Positions 16,671 through 26,817 are shown, numbered from the stretch's first letter. The stretch: 36,245 nucleotides of DNA from a virus (IMGVR_UViG_3300049913_000008:1-36245); one strand, 5' to 3'. A program made the numbers and translations. The notes: a model not told the origin generated them from the letters alone.

Positions 16671-19600
16671 GGTCGCCTCTTCATCACAAGGAATTGCTGA
16701 ACGATGCTATCAACCTCAAGCGCGGTAAGATTTGCCGCCGTTGTGACGCCGAATCCGATTGCGGTCTCGCGCATGGCGCTTGAACCACTACGCAGATAGC
16801 CCGTTCTACGGCGCACCTGCGTTGCGCTTACCGCGAGTGTGTTGGTCGAATTGGTAGCCGATCCTCTGTCTTTCCAAACCTTCGGCTGAAGCGTCGTGCC
16901 GGTTGCGATAAAATCCATCCAAACGTCCTTCGGAATCAGGCGCTCATCTGGATTATTCGCCACGTCAAGCTCGCGCCATTGCGGATCGGGGCTATCAATT
17001 GCACCTGCATCCGGCCAGACATAAACCTGAGTGTTGTCGGTAAAGAACACCTCGCCATCTACGCCGACGCAACTGGCATTCAATGCCGCTACGAACCTCC
17101 AGTCCTGCCAGTTCTTACCACCTTCCAAGTCAAAGACGAATATCTGAGTGCCGTAACTCACAAGCAGACAGCGATAGAGTGGCACGTAGATAATCTGTTT
17201 GATATTCGCCTTGAGCGTCTTCACACCGTAGTTGAGGGTGTCGAAATCGTCACGTATCGGGTCGGAAATCGGTTGCTCTGCATAGCCATCAAACAGGCGA
17301 ATATGCCCAAGCGGGTCTTGCGATAGAACGCCTTTGATAAGATCGCCTGCCGCGCCTTCAGCAATCGAATAAACCGAATCCGGCTTGGTCGTTCCAATGT
17401 CTGTTATCTCGTCGCGCTTGCGAAGGATTCCACCGCTTATGTCGAATATGTCAGTGCCATGCGTTCCCTTGATAACGAGAGTTGAATCGTCTATATGCGC
17501 AATTCCTTGCCCGTCATACGAGAAATCGTAGTTGGTTCCCATGTCATCAGTAAAAGCGTCTGGAGTCACAATCGAACCAAGTCTCCGCGCTGATTTCATA
17601 AGACGATTTGGCCGTGTAACTCCGGCAAGTCTCACACCTAAAGCATAAATCTCATTTTGAAGAACAATTCCAAACTTATATGCTTCGGGAATCATGGTGT
17701 CTTTGGTATAGAGTTCAGTTCCGCTTCCGGTTGACTTGTATTGGGTTAAGGCGGTTCCAAGATTTGCCTCTGCGGTTCCCGCCGCCGCAAGTCCTGCTTG
17801 CCACATATTAAAATCAATCCAAGCATCTGGAATATCATGCGGAGTAGCCACACCCGCTGCAGAAATACTCCATATTGCTGTGCCTTTAAGAGCATCATTC
17901 CCAAATGCGTTTTCGCCTGTTGGTTTTGTCCGAGAAACCAATAAGCGTTTGACCTTATAATACTGAACAGTATATTTAGTGTCAGCTATGGTATTTTTAA
18001 TACCCATATAACAATTCAATGCGGTTAATCTTGGACTTATCATGCCAGTCGCACAAATCTGCCAAGATTTAATACTCGGATGAAATTGTAGATATTGATA
18101 AATCTGCGCATTAACCGCTTGAACCGCACCAAGTATGTATGGAGTATCCGGTGTTTGATAAAGTAATTGTGATTCTTCAATATCATCATATTCAAAAGAC
18201 ATAGCTGTAAAAAATTCAGCATACGCTCTCGGTGATTCTGAATTGGGAATTAGTAAATATGGATTAAATATCTCGGTATCGCCAACACTTGCGAATGGTC
18301 GCCATCCAAGATCGTAGAGTTCCTGCTGTGTATATCCTAATCCAAGCACATCCGCTAATGTAATAGAAGTAACGGTAAATGTTCCAGTTGGAGGAGGAGC
18401 AGGTCTCTGATAATCCGAATGGTAATCCTGATACCGATTTGCCGCGTCGTTATTGAAAAAGTAGCGATCAATATATTGATAGACTCCGTTCCTTGCCGTA
18501 GATTCGCAACCGGCAAGTATGCGCAAAATCCCGCCATACTGCAAGGTTCTCATGTGGTCGTCGAATACCGTTGTCCACTGCCAACCGGAATTATCAATCT
18601 TGCGTTGTCCTTCAAGCAGAACGTATTGGTAGTTGAGACGCTTGTAAAGACGATTATCACTTGCCTGAATAATCAATATCTGCTGTGCGGAAAAATTCGT
18701 GCGCGGCATCAAAGGTTCTTCAGGCCAGACAGGAGTTACTTGCTGGACGCTTGACCCTGACGCATTGTAGAGACCAATATCGCAATGCAGATGGCAAAAT
18801 ACCTGACCGGTAGTGTCAGTTGTAGCAATGCAGTAGGACAAGCGCTTGCTGCTGTTGGATTCATATTTACGATAGGCCGCGAAATACTTGAAGTAACTCT
18901 TTGCGCCCATGTCCACAACCAAGTCGTATTGATGCGTTCCCGTAAAATTCGCCCGAAGGTAATTGCCCGCTTCTGCATCGCCGGAGGTGACTATCAGTGT
19001 CGCCTTGCGCAATACTGATGGTGACGCTTGAAGCGTGTAGAAGATCGTTATTTCGCCGTCTTTCGCCACAATGTCATAGCAGTTGTTTATGTCGGTAGTA
19101 TTGATTGGCGTAGTAGTGATATTATAAAAGGTTGAAAACGTTCCATCGGAGTTTGCTACTGTAAGACGCAGTTTATCAGTAGATACAGTCGTGTAGAGAC
19201 GGTAAAGAATATACATCTTACCGTCAACATCAATCGAAATTATCCCACGAGAATTAAACTTATCAGCCGGAGTCCGGGTTACGCTATCGTCATAATAATT
19301 AAGCCATGCAGCACCAACATAGGGAGCGAATGGCGGAAGGGAACCCACAGAATAATAAAACGCTTGCGACCAAAGCCTGCGTTCAGCACCAGATGTTTCC
19401 GTAAAGAATAGAAAGAACGAAGGAATGGAAAGGGACTCATTCCTAATGAACGACAGGGCATATATGTCAGTAGTTGGGACAACCGGATATTGGGTAATTG
19501 CAGTTCCAAACCATCCTCCGGCATCAATTGAATAATGGAATACGGTAAAGCCGGAGACAACATCCAGTATTCCCCAAAAACCAATGACTTGATCCACTCC

Positions 19601-20341
19601 GCCAACCGATACCAACTCAATATCCAAGTCGCGGGTTATGTTTAAGTCATCTTCTATGCTTGGATTCATTCCAGTAATTACCGCACCAGTGCTGAAATTG
19701 GCATGATAAAGATTTGAACCTATTTTCCAAGATTGCACAATCGTTTCGTTTGTGGTTTCATTGTGATATGACACAAGGAAATAGATTATCGTCTTGGCGG
19801 TATTCATCACCATAGAGAACTCAATCCAAGAGGCGTTGAGGTCTGCGCCTGCATTTGGAGTGATACTCGTAACGATTATGCGTTGTGCGTCTGCTCCCGG
19901 CCCCCCGGTAGGTGCAGGCCAAGTAACATCCAGTCCAGTCGTTGTTCTACTCGCCCTATGAAGGTAAAGCGTGTGTGTGTGCGCGGTAATCTGTTTTTCT
20001 ACATAGGCAGTAAAGGTGTATTCGGTAGTGCCACTAATGCCCAACACAACCGTCTTACGCCCATGCGAGGAGTAAAGCTGGTGCGTGTTTGTGATCGCGG
20101 CAACTTGTTGATCGCCGTAGGTTACAAGCCCGTCAACTTCAAAGTCGGTAGTATGCTCATACTGCTTTGCGCGGTATTTATAGAGCGAGTCATACTCATC
20201 ACGTCGAACAAACTTACCAGCAGGCAACCGGCGACCATCACGAGATATTGCCGCGCCGTCTGGATTGTCGTTTGCCGAGACCGCCCGGTTAATTCCCGGA
20301 AAGTCTCGCCGCGCACGAGTTATGATTCGTTCGTCATTCAT
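16667..20341 (-). CDS. Tail nozzle / stabilisation protein (P22 gp10 / T7 gp12 position), with large insertions
   Basis: 1224 aa, beta-rich; N-terminal DFPGIN; C-terminal propeller-like DIGTTKPDSV, PISDPIR, IFVFD...W..W; follows the adaptors. Confidence 0.7.
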   Translation of the reverse strand: MNDERIITRARRDFPGINRAVSANDNPDGAAISRDGRRLPAGKFVRRDEYDSLYKYRAKQYEHTTDFEVDGLVTYGDQQVAAITNTHQLYSSHGRKTVVLGISGTTEYTFTAYVEKQITAHTHTLYLHRASRTTTGLDVTWPAPTGGPGADAQRIIVTSITPNAGADLNASWIEFSMVMNTAKTIIYFLVSYHNETTNETIVQSWKIGSNLYHANFSTGAVITGMNPSIEDDLNITRDLDIELVSVGGVDQVIGFWGILDVVSGFTVFHYSIDAGGWFGTAITQYPVVPTTDIYALSFIRNESLSIPSFFLFFTETSGAERRLWSQAFYYSVGSLPPFAPYVGAAWLNYYDDSVTRTPADKFNSRGIISIDVDGKMYILYRLYTTVSTDKLRLTVANSDGTFSTFYNITTTPINTTDINNCYDIVAKDGEITIFYTLQASPSVLRKATLIVTSGDAEAGNYLRANFTGTHQYDLVVDMGAKSYFKYFAAYRKYESNSSKRLSYCIATTDTTGQVFCHLHCDIGLYNASGSSVQQVTPVWPEEPLMPRTNFSAQQILIIQASDNRLYKRLNYQYVLLEGQRKIDNSGWQWTTVFDDHMRTLQYGGILRILAGCESTARNGVYQYIDRYFFNNDAANRYQDYHSDYQRPAPPPTGTFTVTSITLADVLGLGYTQQELYDLGWRPFASVGDTEIFNPYLLIPNSESPRAYAEFFTAMSFEYDDIEESQLLYQTPDTPYILGAVQAVNAQIYQYLQFHPSIKSWQICATGMISPRLTALNCYMGIKNTIADTKYTVQYYKVKRLLVSRTKPTGENAFGNDALKGTAIWSISAAGVATPHDIPDAWIDFNMWQAGLAAAGTAEANLGTALTQYKSTGSGTELYTKDTMIPEAYKFGIVLQNEIYALGVRLAGVTRPNRLMKSARRLGSIVTPDAFTDDMGTNYDFSYDGQGIAHIDDSTLVIKGTHGTDIFDISGGILRKRDEITDIGTTKPDSVYSIAEGAAGDLIKGVLSQDPLGHIRLFDGYAEQPISDPIRDDFDTLNYGVKTLKANIKQIIYVPLYRCLLVSYGTQIFVFDLEGGKNWQDWRFVAALNASCVGVDGEVFFTDNTQVYVWPDAGAIDSPDPQWRELDVANNPDERLIPKDVWMDFIATGTTLQPKVWKDRGSATNSTNTLAVSATQVRRRTGYLRSGSSAMRETAIGFGVTTAANLTALEVDSIVQQFLVMKRRP

Positions 20342-21084
20342 GGCATTTGCTGTTGTAAGCGTCCACTTGTGCCTGACATGATGGTATTATTGTGCCGCGC
20401 CTGGAGTTCAAATAGAAGCGCAGGCGATTTATCCCCTGCGATATTAGCCATGTGCAGAACCTTCAACCTTAGACATGGATACTTGAGTAGAAACTTATCG
20501 GTATAGATTCTTGCAGGAACGCCCGGAAGCGTTCCCGCCGTTGCAATGATTAGTGTGTCGAATGTAGTGTTCATCCTTGACTTGAAGAGTGTGTCGGTCG
20601 TGACGAAACCGTAGTTAAATCCGCTATCAGCCAAAGTCTTATTATACCGGAGTGATTGTTCAACTGTTACAAACAAGGTGCAGGCCGCAGTTTGACTGAC
20701 GAACATATTGACATTCAACGTCTCGCTTACAAAACCATCCAGGTAAAGGCAGGTAGTATCTAATCCTGCCCATCCTGCCAGATGTTTTATACCTGCACTA
20801 TCAGGGAACAATCCAAGGGAGTCAATACCAAGCGTATAAACGCTATCACGCGCTGAATCCACAACGACAAGCGTGTAATAATTCAGCGATAGAAGATTCG
20901 CTCCGACATTGCGCACATCACTCGTCGAAAAACCCGATATGCCCATCGTAGTCGTAAAAGCTGTTCTACGTGGAACAATCCAAGCTCCACCTCTATTCTG
21001 ATGGTCGCGCCCATTAACCACATATACAGCCGATTGAGCCGTAATCGCAGTAAGAAGCAACGCAAGTATGATTCTCCTTAACAT
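20338..21084 (-). CDS. Signal-peptide beta-rich protein between adaptor and nozzle
   Basis: MLRRIILALLLTAITAQS|A; stop/start overlaps at both ends; seven D-S/T-hydrophobic motifs. Confidence 0.8.
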   Translation of the reverse strand: MLRRIILALLLTAITAQSAVYVVNGRDHQNRGGAWIVPRRTAFTTTMGISGFSTSDVRNVGANLLSLNYYTLVVVDSARDSVYTLGIDSLGLFPDSAGIKHLAGWAGLDTTCLYLDGFVSETLNVNMFVSQTAACTLFVTVEQSLRYNKTLADSGFNYGFVTTDTLFKSRMNTTFDTLIIATAGTLPGVPARIYTDKFLLKYPCLRLKVLHMANIAGDKSPALLFELQARHNNTIMSGTSGRLQQQMP

Positions 21085-21974
21085 CAATACATCTGAAGGA
21101 ATTGGTTCTGCGTTTGAGGTTCTCCCTGAGACCTTATCTCGCGCCGTAGGTTAGCCGTCATCTCCTGATAGCGTCCTATTTCAAACTTGGCCTTATCATA
21201 TTCGCCCATTCGGATATGGTAGAGATACTTGACATAGGCAATCACGCACTCCTCATGGTCATTCAAAAGCGCAGGCAAGCTATCAGAAGCAACGAGTGTT
21301 GCCGGATACTGGAAATATCCTACGCTGAAAGAAACTCCCGACGAGGCATTCGCGCCCGCAACTTTGAGGTAAAGTTCAGACGATGGACTGACGTAGTAGA
21401 GATAGCCAGCAAATCCACTATCTACCAAAGCCGTGTCATATCGTTGTCGCGTGACTGAATCGTAGATTAACCCATTTGTCGGATCAACGATATTGCCCAT
21501 GCGCCGGAAGCGAGTCAGAATACTCAAGAGCTTGAACTTTTCATATCCGGCATCCGCAATCGTCAAGTTTGTTGAATCGGAGGTTGTTATCGAATCAATC
21601 TCGTAATCGTCAATTCCGAGCACATAGACGTTTGCGCCATCCGCATAGGATGCCACTCCGGTAATCGCGTCAAGTTGAACTGCGATTGCTGTTGCCATAG
21701 CCGAGTTGCTTGCCGCCGCCGCGATTATGATTGGATAAGCAACTCCAGAAACAGTAATACTAATTGCTTCCATTGCCAAAACCGAGTAGTCCACCACAGT
21801 CAACATTCGCTGCCCGGTCAATGAAGTTGTAGCCCAAAGGCAGTTCGTGTCCCTACACGCCTTTGCAACGGCCTTGTTGATCCATCCAAGCAACCGCCAA
21901 TGTTCGACACGAGCGTTTGACGGATCGTTGATCTCGTCGCCTATGTCCCTGTAAAGTTCAGCGACTGTTGGCAT
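21084..21974 (-). CDS. Head-tail adaptor / tail ring protein, paralog 2
   Basis: MPTVAEL...INDP...LLGWIN...C..T.CL and C-terminal HEECVIAYVKY...GEYDKA. Confidence 0.75.
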   Translation of the reverse strand: MPTVAELYRDIGDEINDPSNARVEHWRLLGWINKAVAKACRDTNCLWATTSLTGQRMLTVVDYSVLAMEAISITVSGVAYPIIIAAAASNSAMATAIAVQLDAITGVASYADGANVYVLGIDDYEIDSITTSDSTNLTIADAGYEKFKLLSILTRFRRMGNIVDPTNGLIYDSVTRQRYDTALVDSGFAGYLYYVSPSSELYLKVAGANASSGVSFSVGYFQYPATLVASDSLPALLNDHEECVIAYVKYLYHIRMGEYDKAKFEIGRYQEMTANLRREIRSQGEPQTQNQFLQMY

Positions 21975-22935
21975 TGGACAACTCCTTCATTGTTTTGCCG
22001 ATGAAGCGATAAAGCCCACTTAATTCCGCCGTAATCGGCTTTGTAAGCCCAACCTCATTCCCAAGCATCTGAAGCCATTGCATATACCGAGCAAATGCTT
22101 CCCGTTCATTTGCTTCGTCGCCAATCGTTTGATAGTAGAGTGACGCTACACCTTCCACAATCAACTGGTCGTAGTTATTCAGAAGCCCACTCGGAGTCTC
22201 AATCCCACTTGCATAAACGATAGTCGGATGCGTCTGACTGTATTCGATAGTGAGCGTGTTCGATGCTGCAATAAGTGGCAGGATGTAAATTTTGCGAGCC
22301 GTGCTATACCCAAACAGATTGTATAGGTAAAGACCAGTTACGGAATTGCCAATGATGTTGACACGATAACCCTGATACTCTTGGCGGTCAATGACAGGAC
22401 GGTAAATTATGCCGGTTGTCTGGTCGGTTACGGTAAGGATGTGCCATAATACCGAACTGCCATTGTCAATAGTCAACTTCGCCGTATCATTTGTAGTTAC
22501 CGATGAGATAGTCAACCCATTGATTCCAAACAGATAGACGTATGCGCCATCTGAATACGCTCCCACTCCAACAAGTGCATCTAATTTAGTCGCAACGTCT
22601 TCTGCGATAGCCACAACGCTCGCTCCGGCAGCCGTAATGGTTCCACCACCACCAGCAACTGTGACTGTAACGGTTTTACTGGCAAATCCCACAACTAAGA
22701 CTTGAAGCCGATAACCCTGAGCAGATGGAGTAGGAAGGGCATAACTTTCCGCTCCCGTTCCCACAATCGCTCCACTCGTCTGCAAACAGTCGGTAATTTT
22801 TGCCGCATCATCGCAGACTCGGTTTATCCAAGTCAAAATATCCGATCCCGCAACACTTACCGCCGCATTCTCGTCGTGGTTAGGATCGTTTATCCTCTGC
22901 GAAATCAGAGTGTCAAGCGTAGTTATTACCGACAT
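21958..22935 (-). CDS. Head-tail adaptor / tail ring protein, paralog 1
   Basis: INDP...ILTWIN...TDCL...YALP...IYILP...LTIEY...YDQLIVEGV. Confidence 0.75.
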   Translation of the reverse strand: MSVITTLDTLISQRINDPNHDENAAVSVAGSDILTWINRVCDDAAKITDCLQTSGAIVGTGAESYALPTPSAQGYRLQVLVVGFASKTVTVTVAGGGGTITAAGASVVAIAEDVATKLDALVGVGAYSDGAYVYLFGINGLTISSVTTNDTAKLTIDNGSSVLWHILTVTDQTTGIIYRPVIDRQEYQGYRVNIIGNSVTGLYLYNLFGYSTARKIYILPLIAASNTLTIEYSQTHPTIVYASGIETPSGLLNNYDQLIVEGVASLYYQTIGDEANEREAFARYMQWLQMLGNEVGLTKPITAELSGLYRFIGKTMKELSNANSR

Positions 22936-22953
22936 TCATTCTCCTTGCGGCAA

Positions 22954-22979
22954 GGCGGAGGGCATTACTGCCCCCCGCC
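22954..22979 (-). terminator. GC-rich GNRA-loop hairpin after the head genes (attenuator or stabiliser)
   Basis: GGCGGGGGGCA-GTAA-TGCCCTCCGCC on the - strand; weak U tract. Confidence 0.6.
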
Positions 22980-22989
22980 CGCCTTATTC

Positions 22990-23913
22990 CTACCGGCCAA
23001 CCACGAGGCAATACACATCATTGTTCTGTGTATTCGCCGTATAGATGACACAGCTTGCACCAGTCCCACCATCCCAAGCCACAGCCTGAGCGGTTGACTT
23101 GCCGCTTACCGGAATCACGAACTCGATGTGACGAATCACTTCGCAATCGCTTGCAGCCGTAATAGTTGCCGTCGAAGGTGATGCAGACGTGAATGCCTTC
23201 GTCACAATCTCGGCAATCCATTCACCTGGCCGACGCGGATAACTTCCCCTTGCCTTTAACAGGTAAGGGAATTGGTATCCTTGAGCGAGGTCGCCATCAG
23301 TTGCAGCCGCAGGTTCGGGATAACCGCCCCAAAGACAAGCGAATGTCTTATTGGCGGTCGTCTTGAAACTTGCATCAATCGTGGTGATTTCCGTAACCCC
23401 GACGCCGGTCGTTGCTGGAGCCGCTGCCACAATCTCCCAGGGGATGACAAAGAATGCCCGTTTCACGAGTGTTAGACTCGTGGCATAGGTAATCTTCGCC
23501 GTAGTGTCACCACCACTTAGAACGGTCTTGGTGAGTTCCCACACGAGAGATTCGCGCTTCCTCCCAACTGAAATTGGGATTCCAAAGGTAAAGACCCTAC
23601 CTTTCGCCCTTCCGTATCCGCCGATTGCGAATACATTGTGGTTTTTGGCTGCTTCACCCTTGAATGTCGGAGAGCGCCCAAGCGCGGTCACGCATACCGC
23701 TTCTGGAGTTGGCGCTGCCGCATAAGGCACTGGATACATCCACGCAACATCCGTAATGATGCTGGTGTCAGTCCCAAGCGTAACCGCTACGCTCGTATTC
23801 CCGTTGCCATCTTTGGCTGCCATCTCAAGCACACCATCCAAAGGACGATGCGGTAAGAGATCGGCTCTCCGACAGAGTAAGTTCGCCGTAAGGTTGGTTG
23901 TCGTTGCTGCCAT
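22990..23913 (-). CDS. Probable capsid decoration protein with three internal repeats
   Basis: Directly after the capsid gene; GGAGG SD; three ~100-aa beta-rich units. Confidence 0.65.
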   Translation of the reverse strand: MAATTTNLTANLLCRRADLLPHRPLDGVLEMAAKDGNGNTSVAVTLGTDTSIITDVAWMYPVPYAAAPTPEAVCVTALGRSPTFKGEAAKNHNVFAIGGYGRAKGRVFTFGIPISVGRKRESLVWELTKTVLSGGDTTAKITYATSLTLVKRAFFVIPWEIVAAAPATTGVGVTEITTIDASFKTTANKTFACLWGGYPEPAAATDGDLAQGYQFPYLLKARGSYPRRPGEWIAEIVTKAFTSASPSTATITAASDCEVIRHIEFVIPVSGKSTAQAVAWDGGTGASCVIYTANTQNNDVYCLVVGR

Positions 23914-23930
23914 GTTACACCTCCATCAGG

Positions 23931-25364
23931 TTAGGTGTCACTCGGCGTGAGTGTTCCAACCGTCTCGACCGGGCCACCGTAGGTGTTGTCGTCGTTCTTG
24001 ACACCAAGCACAACCGCGTGAGCCAGTTTGTAACTGACTTCGACACCCTGTTGCGCCTGCCAAGCATATTTCTTGACTCGTTCACCATTGCCCTGCACTC
24101 CATTCCCGCCATGACCCTTCCAGATATGAAGAGCCTCATTGGGAAACTCGTGAAGGCGCAAGTAGTCCAAGTCCAGAACCACGCCGTCATACCGACGCGG
24201 GCCTTTGAATGCCGGGTGAATCATAAACGGTAACGGCGCGCCGGCGTATTGGGTCTGCATTTCAGGATACTTCAGATAGATGCGCCCATCTTCACGCATA
24301 TTCATCTGCCAGTAACCCTGAAACGCCTTGATGACTTCGGTGCAGAGGCCGGAACCCATGAGGAAAACCTTGTTCTCTCCGCCTTCGTCATAGACGCGCT
24401 CGAAGAAGGTGAGAAGGTTTTCGAGGTTGATATTGGCCTTCGCGCCCACCTGCCAGATACGTTGCGCACCCGTGCCAGTCACCAAGTCACTTGCGGCGGT
24501 GTAAATCCCATAGGCTGTTGCAGAGTCACCTACGATTTGAGGAATAACGCCCCAAGTCGAATAGGAGGCCTTGCTATTGACGAAGGATCTGCCGCCCTTG
24601 CCGAGCAGGATACTGTCTTCGATCTTGCGCAGAACGGCGTCCAATGCGAGTTGCTCTTCGTGAGTCAGGATTCCGCCCGGCCCATAACCGGCAAGAGTAA
24701 TTCCTTGTGCCATCATGGTCACTTGGAATGCCTCTTCCCACATCTGCATCGTGTTGGTCTGCGAAATCAGCGCGTGGGTGAGTACCTCTCCCACATCAGC
24801 GCCTTCCTCAACGGCGGGGCCGATAATAGTAGCATGAAGCCAAGCAGCGGAATCAGCCGTAACGTTCTCGGCGGTTGACGCCGATCCGACGTTACGGGTA
24901 ACGGTAACAACCGCGCCGTCGACGGTTCCCATTGCCGTAACTTCCATCACTTCGCCAGATACGCTTACGGTTCCGGCTGCTGATGTCTGATACGTTTGAT
25001 AGGAGTGGATGTGAATGCGGTCGCCAATCTTCAACAATTTGTTCGGATTGGTAATAGTGTGACTTGCGGAATCCCTGACTTCGAGATAGACGGTAGCGAC
25101 TACCAGAGCGGTATCCGCTCCGGCTGCGGTCTGTCCTTTGATGTCAATATCCCGAATCTTGGGATGGTCGGTGAGTGTTTTGAATTCCACTTCAGGCGTG
25201 ATCTTGCGCGGAACACCAAGTCCCTGCGTAAGCATACGATAAAGTGGAGCATTGAAACGCCCAAGCATGATAGCCCGCGAATCCGGTGACAGATCATAAA
25301 GCCTCTGTTCCGCAATCGGGAGAGTCGTGCTTGATGCGTTTGCAGTAGATACGATATTCGCCAT
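23931..25364 (-). CDS. Major capsid protein (SU10/DUF5309-like HK97 fold)
   Basis: APLYRML, EFKTLTD, VEEGAD, NTMQMWEEAFQVT, IEDSILLG, TWGV; follows the scaffold gene. Confidence 0.88.
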   Translation of the reverse strand: MANIVSTANASSTTLPIAEQRLYDLSPDSRAIMLGRFNAPLYRMLTQGLGVPRKITPEVEFKTLTDHPKIRDIDIKGQTAAGADTALVVATVYLEVRDSASHTITNPNKLLKIGDRIHIHSYQTYQTSAAGTVSVSGEVMEVTAMGTVDGAVVTVTRNVGSASTAENVTADSAAWLHATIIGPAVEEGADVGEVLTHALISQTNTMQMWEEAFQVTMMAQGITLAGYGPGGILTHEEQLALDAVLRKIEDSILLGKGGRSFVNSKASYSTWGVIPQIVGDSATAYGIYTAASDLVTGTGAQRIWQVGAKANINLENLLTFFERVYDEGGENKVFLMGSGLCTEVIKAFQGYWQMNMREDGRIYLKYPEMQTQYAGAPLPFMIHPAFKGPRRYDGVVLDLDYLRLHEFPNEALHIWKGHGGNGVQGNGERVKKYAWQAQQGVEVSYKLAHAVVLGVKNDDNTYGGPVETVGTLTPSDT

Positions 25365-25402
25365 TGTGAGTTTCCTAAATGTTTCTCACGCTGACGACAA
25401 GC

Positions 25403-26176
25403 CTATCGCTTGGCCGATCCGCCTCTTTGTGCAAAGGTATTGATACGTTCCATCGGATCGTCAGTCACTTGTTCGCCGCCACCTCCAGAACCAGTGCCGC
25501 CTCCGGCAATTACTGATCCTTTTGCGGTTGCGAGTTTCTGACCTTCCTTTATTCCCTCTTCTCGCGCCTTCTTTATTTCAGCATCAATGTCACGTTTGCC
25601 CAGACGCGACGCCTTGATTTCACTCATGAATCGCTTCATATCGCGCTGGTCTGCGAGCTTTGAGATAGGGATTCCACGCCTACGAGCCTCTTTTATCACC
25701 TCGCCATATCGCACATCTGCGAGTTCGGGATGACGCTCAACGATTAAATCGTGAGCCTTGACTCGTTCGACTTCGGTGGATTCCTGCATATCCTGAAAGT
25801 CGAAAAGCATTTTAGCGATCACGTCAAACCCAGATTCAAGTATCTCTGGATCGTCTGAATTGAGGGCTTCTTTCAGCCTCAATGCCGATTCGCGTTTCGT
25901 CTTTTTGATTGCTTCGGTATCAATCACCTGCCTGCGGGTCTCGCCAAGATCATCAGCGAGTCGTCCCCGTGCAATTTCCACGTTGGACAACCGCCCGGCC
26001 ATGTTAGCCATAGCCTCTTGTGGCGTTGTCCCAAATTTTGCATACTCAGAGTTGGCGAACCAGTCATCGGTTTCAGGAGTGGCGGATTTCCCGGTTCCTC
26101 CCGCGCCGTTTGCGCCTTGATCTTTTAGTGCACCGGTGGCCAGATTAGGGTCGGCGGCAAGATCGTCTTGAGTCAT
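25403..26176 (-). CDS. Scaffolding protein
   Basis: Acidic helical protein (ERHPEL, AREEG) between portal and capsid; GAGGA SD. Confidence 0.75.
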   Translation of the reverse strand: MTQDDLAADPNLATGALKDQGANGAGGTGKSATPETDDWFANSEYAKFGTTPQEAMANMAGRLSNVEIARGRLADDLGETRRQVIDTEAIKKTKRESALRLKEALNSDDPEILESGFDVIAKMLFDFQDMQESTEVERVKAHDLIVERHPELADVRYGEVIKEARRRGIPISKLADQRDMKRFMSEIKASRLGKRDIDAEIKKAREEGIKEGQKLATAKGSVIAGGGTGSGGGGEQVTDDPMERINTFAQRGGSAKR

Positions 26177-26188
26177 TCGATCCTCGTT

Positions 26189-26479
26189 TTACTTTTTGGG
26201 GTTACGACCAAGATTTTTTCGATCAAGGCCGTCACTTATCTTCTTTTCTGTGTCTGGTTCATCATCTACCAATTCGACCATATCAATAGCCGTAATTGGG
26301 ATGCTGAATCGGAACGAGTCGGAAATTCCACACACATCCTTCGTCATAATACGCGGGATGACTTCACTCTCCGCGCAGTGGATTTTCTTCGGTTGATTGT
26401 TCGTTGTGAGCCAGAACGTCAAGGGAAGTGCTAAATCCCTTTCTTTCCCGCCTCGCATGGTAACGTGCAGGTGCATCAT
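26189..26479 (-). CDS. Hypothetical head-module protein
   Basis: GGAGG SD; ATGA overlap. Confidence 0.65.
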   Translation of the reverse strand: MMHLHVTMRGGKERDLALPLTFWLTTNNQPKKIHCAESEVIPRIMTKDVCGISDSFRFSIPITAIDMVELVDDEPDTEKKISDGLDRKNLGRNPKK

Positions 26480-26817
26480 TCCTCCGATTGTTGACGCTCA
26501 AGTTCTTGGGCTTTTATTGGAGCCATAGCAAGATGAGCGGCAAAGTTCTTTATCGTAAATAGTTTCAATCTGGATTCCCGTATTTTCTGCGGATCAAAGT
26601 TGTCTTCAAGCGCAAGTGATGCCATTTCGCGTTCGTAGCGTTGCTGCGCTTCAAGTAACTCTTGAATGAATGGCTTATTGCCGAGAACAGACGCTACGGT
26701 TTCCCAATAGACTACATCCTTAACAGGGTTCTGGTCTGCAACAGCAATGACGATGGGATTAAATTCAGGTGTTCTCTTCACACCAAACAAACGCCTAACC
26801 CATGCCAGCATTGCCAC
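26476..26817 (-). CDS. Helical protein following the portal
   Basis: GGAGG SD; overlaps the portal end. Confidence 0.7.
   Translation of the reverse strand: MAMLAWVRRLFGVKRTPEFNPIVIAVADQNPVKDVVYWETVASVLGNKPFIQELLEAQQRYEREMASLALEDNFDPQKIRESRLKLFTIKNFAAHLAMAPIKAQELERQQSEE

Noticed and set aside
23915-23990. Programmed frameshift fusing capsid to the next gene
   Set aside because: No slippery heptamer at the capsid end; the downstream gene has its own GGAGG SD and ATG.
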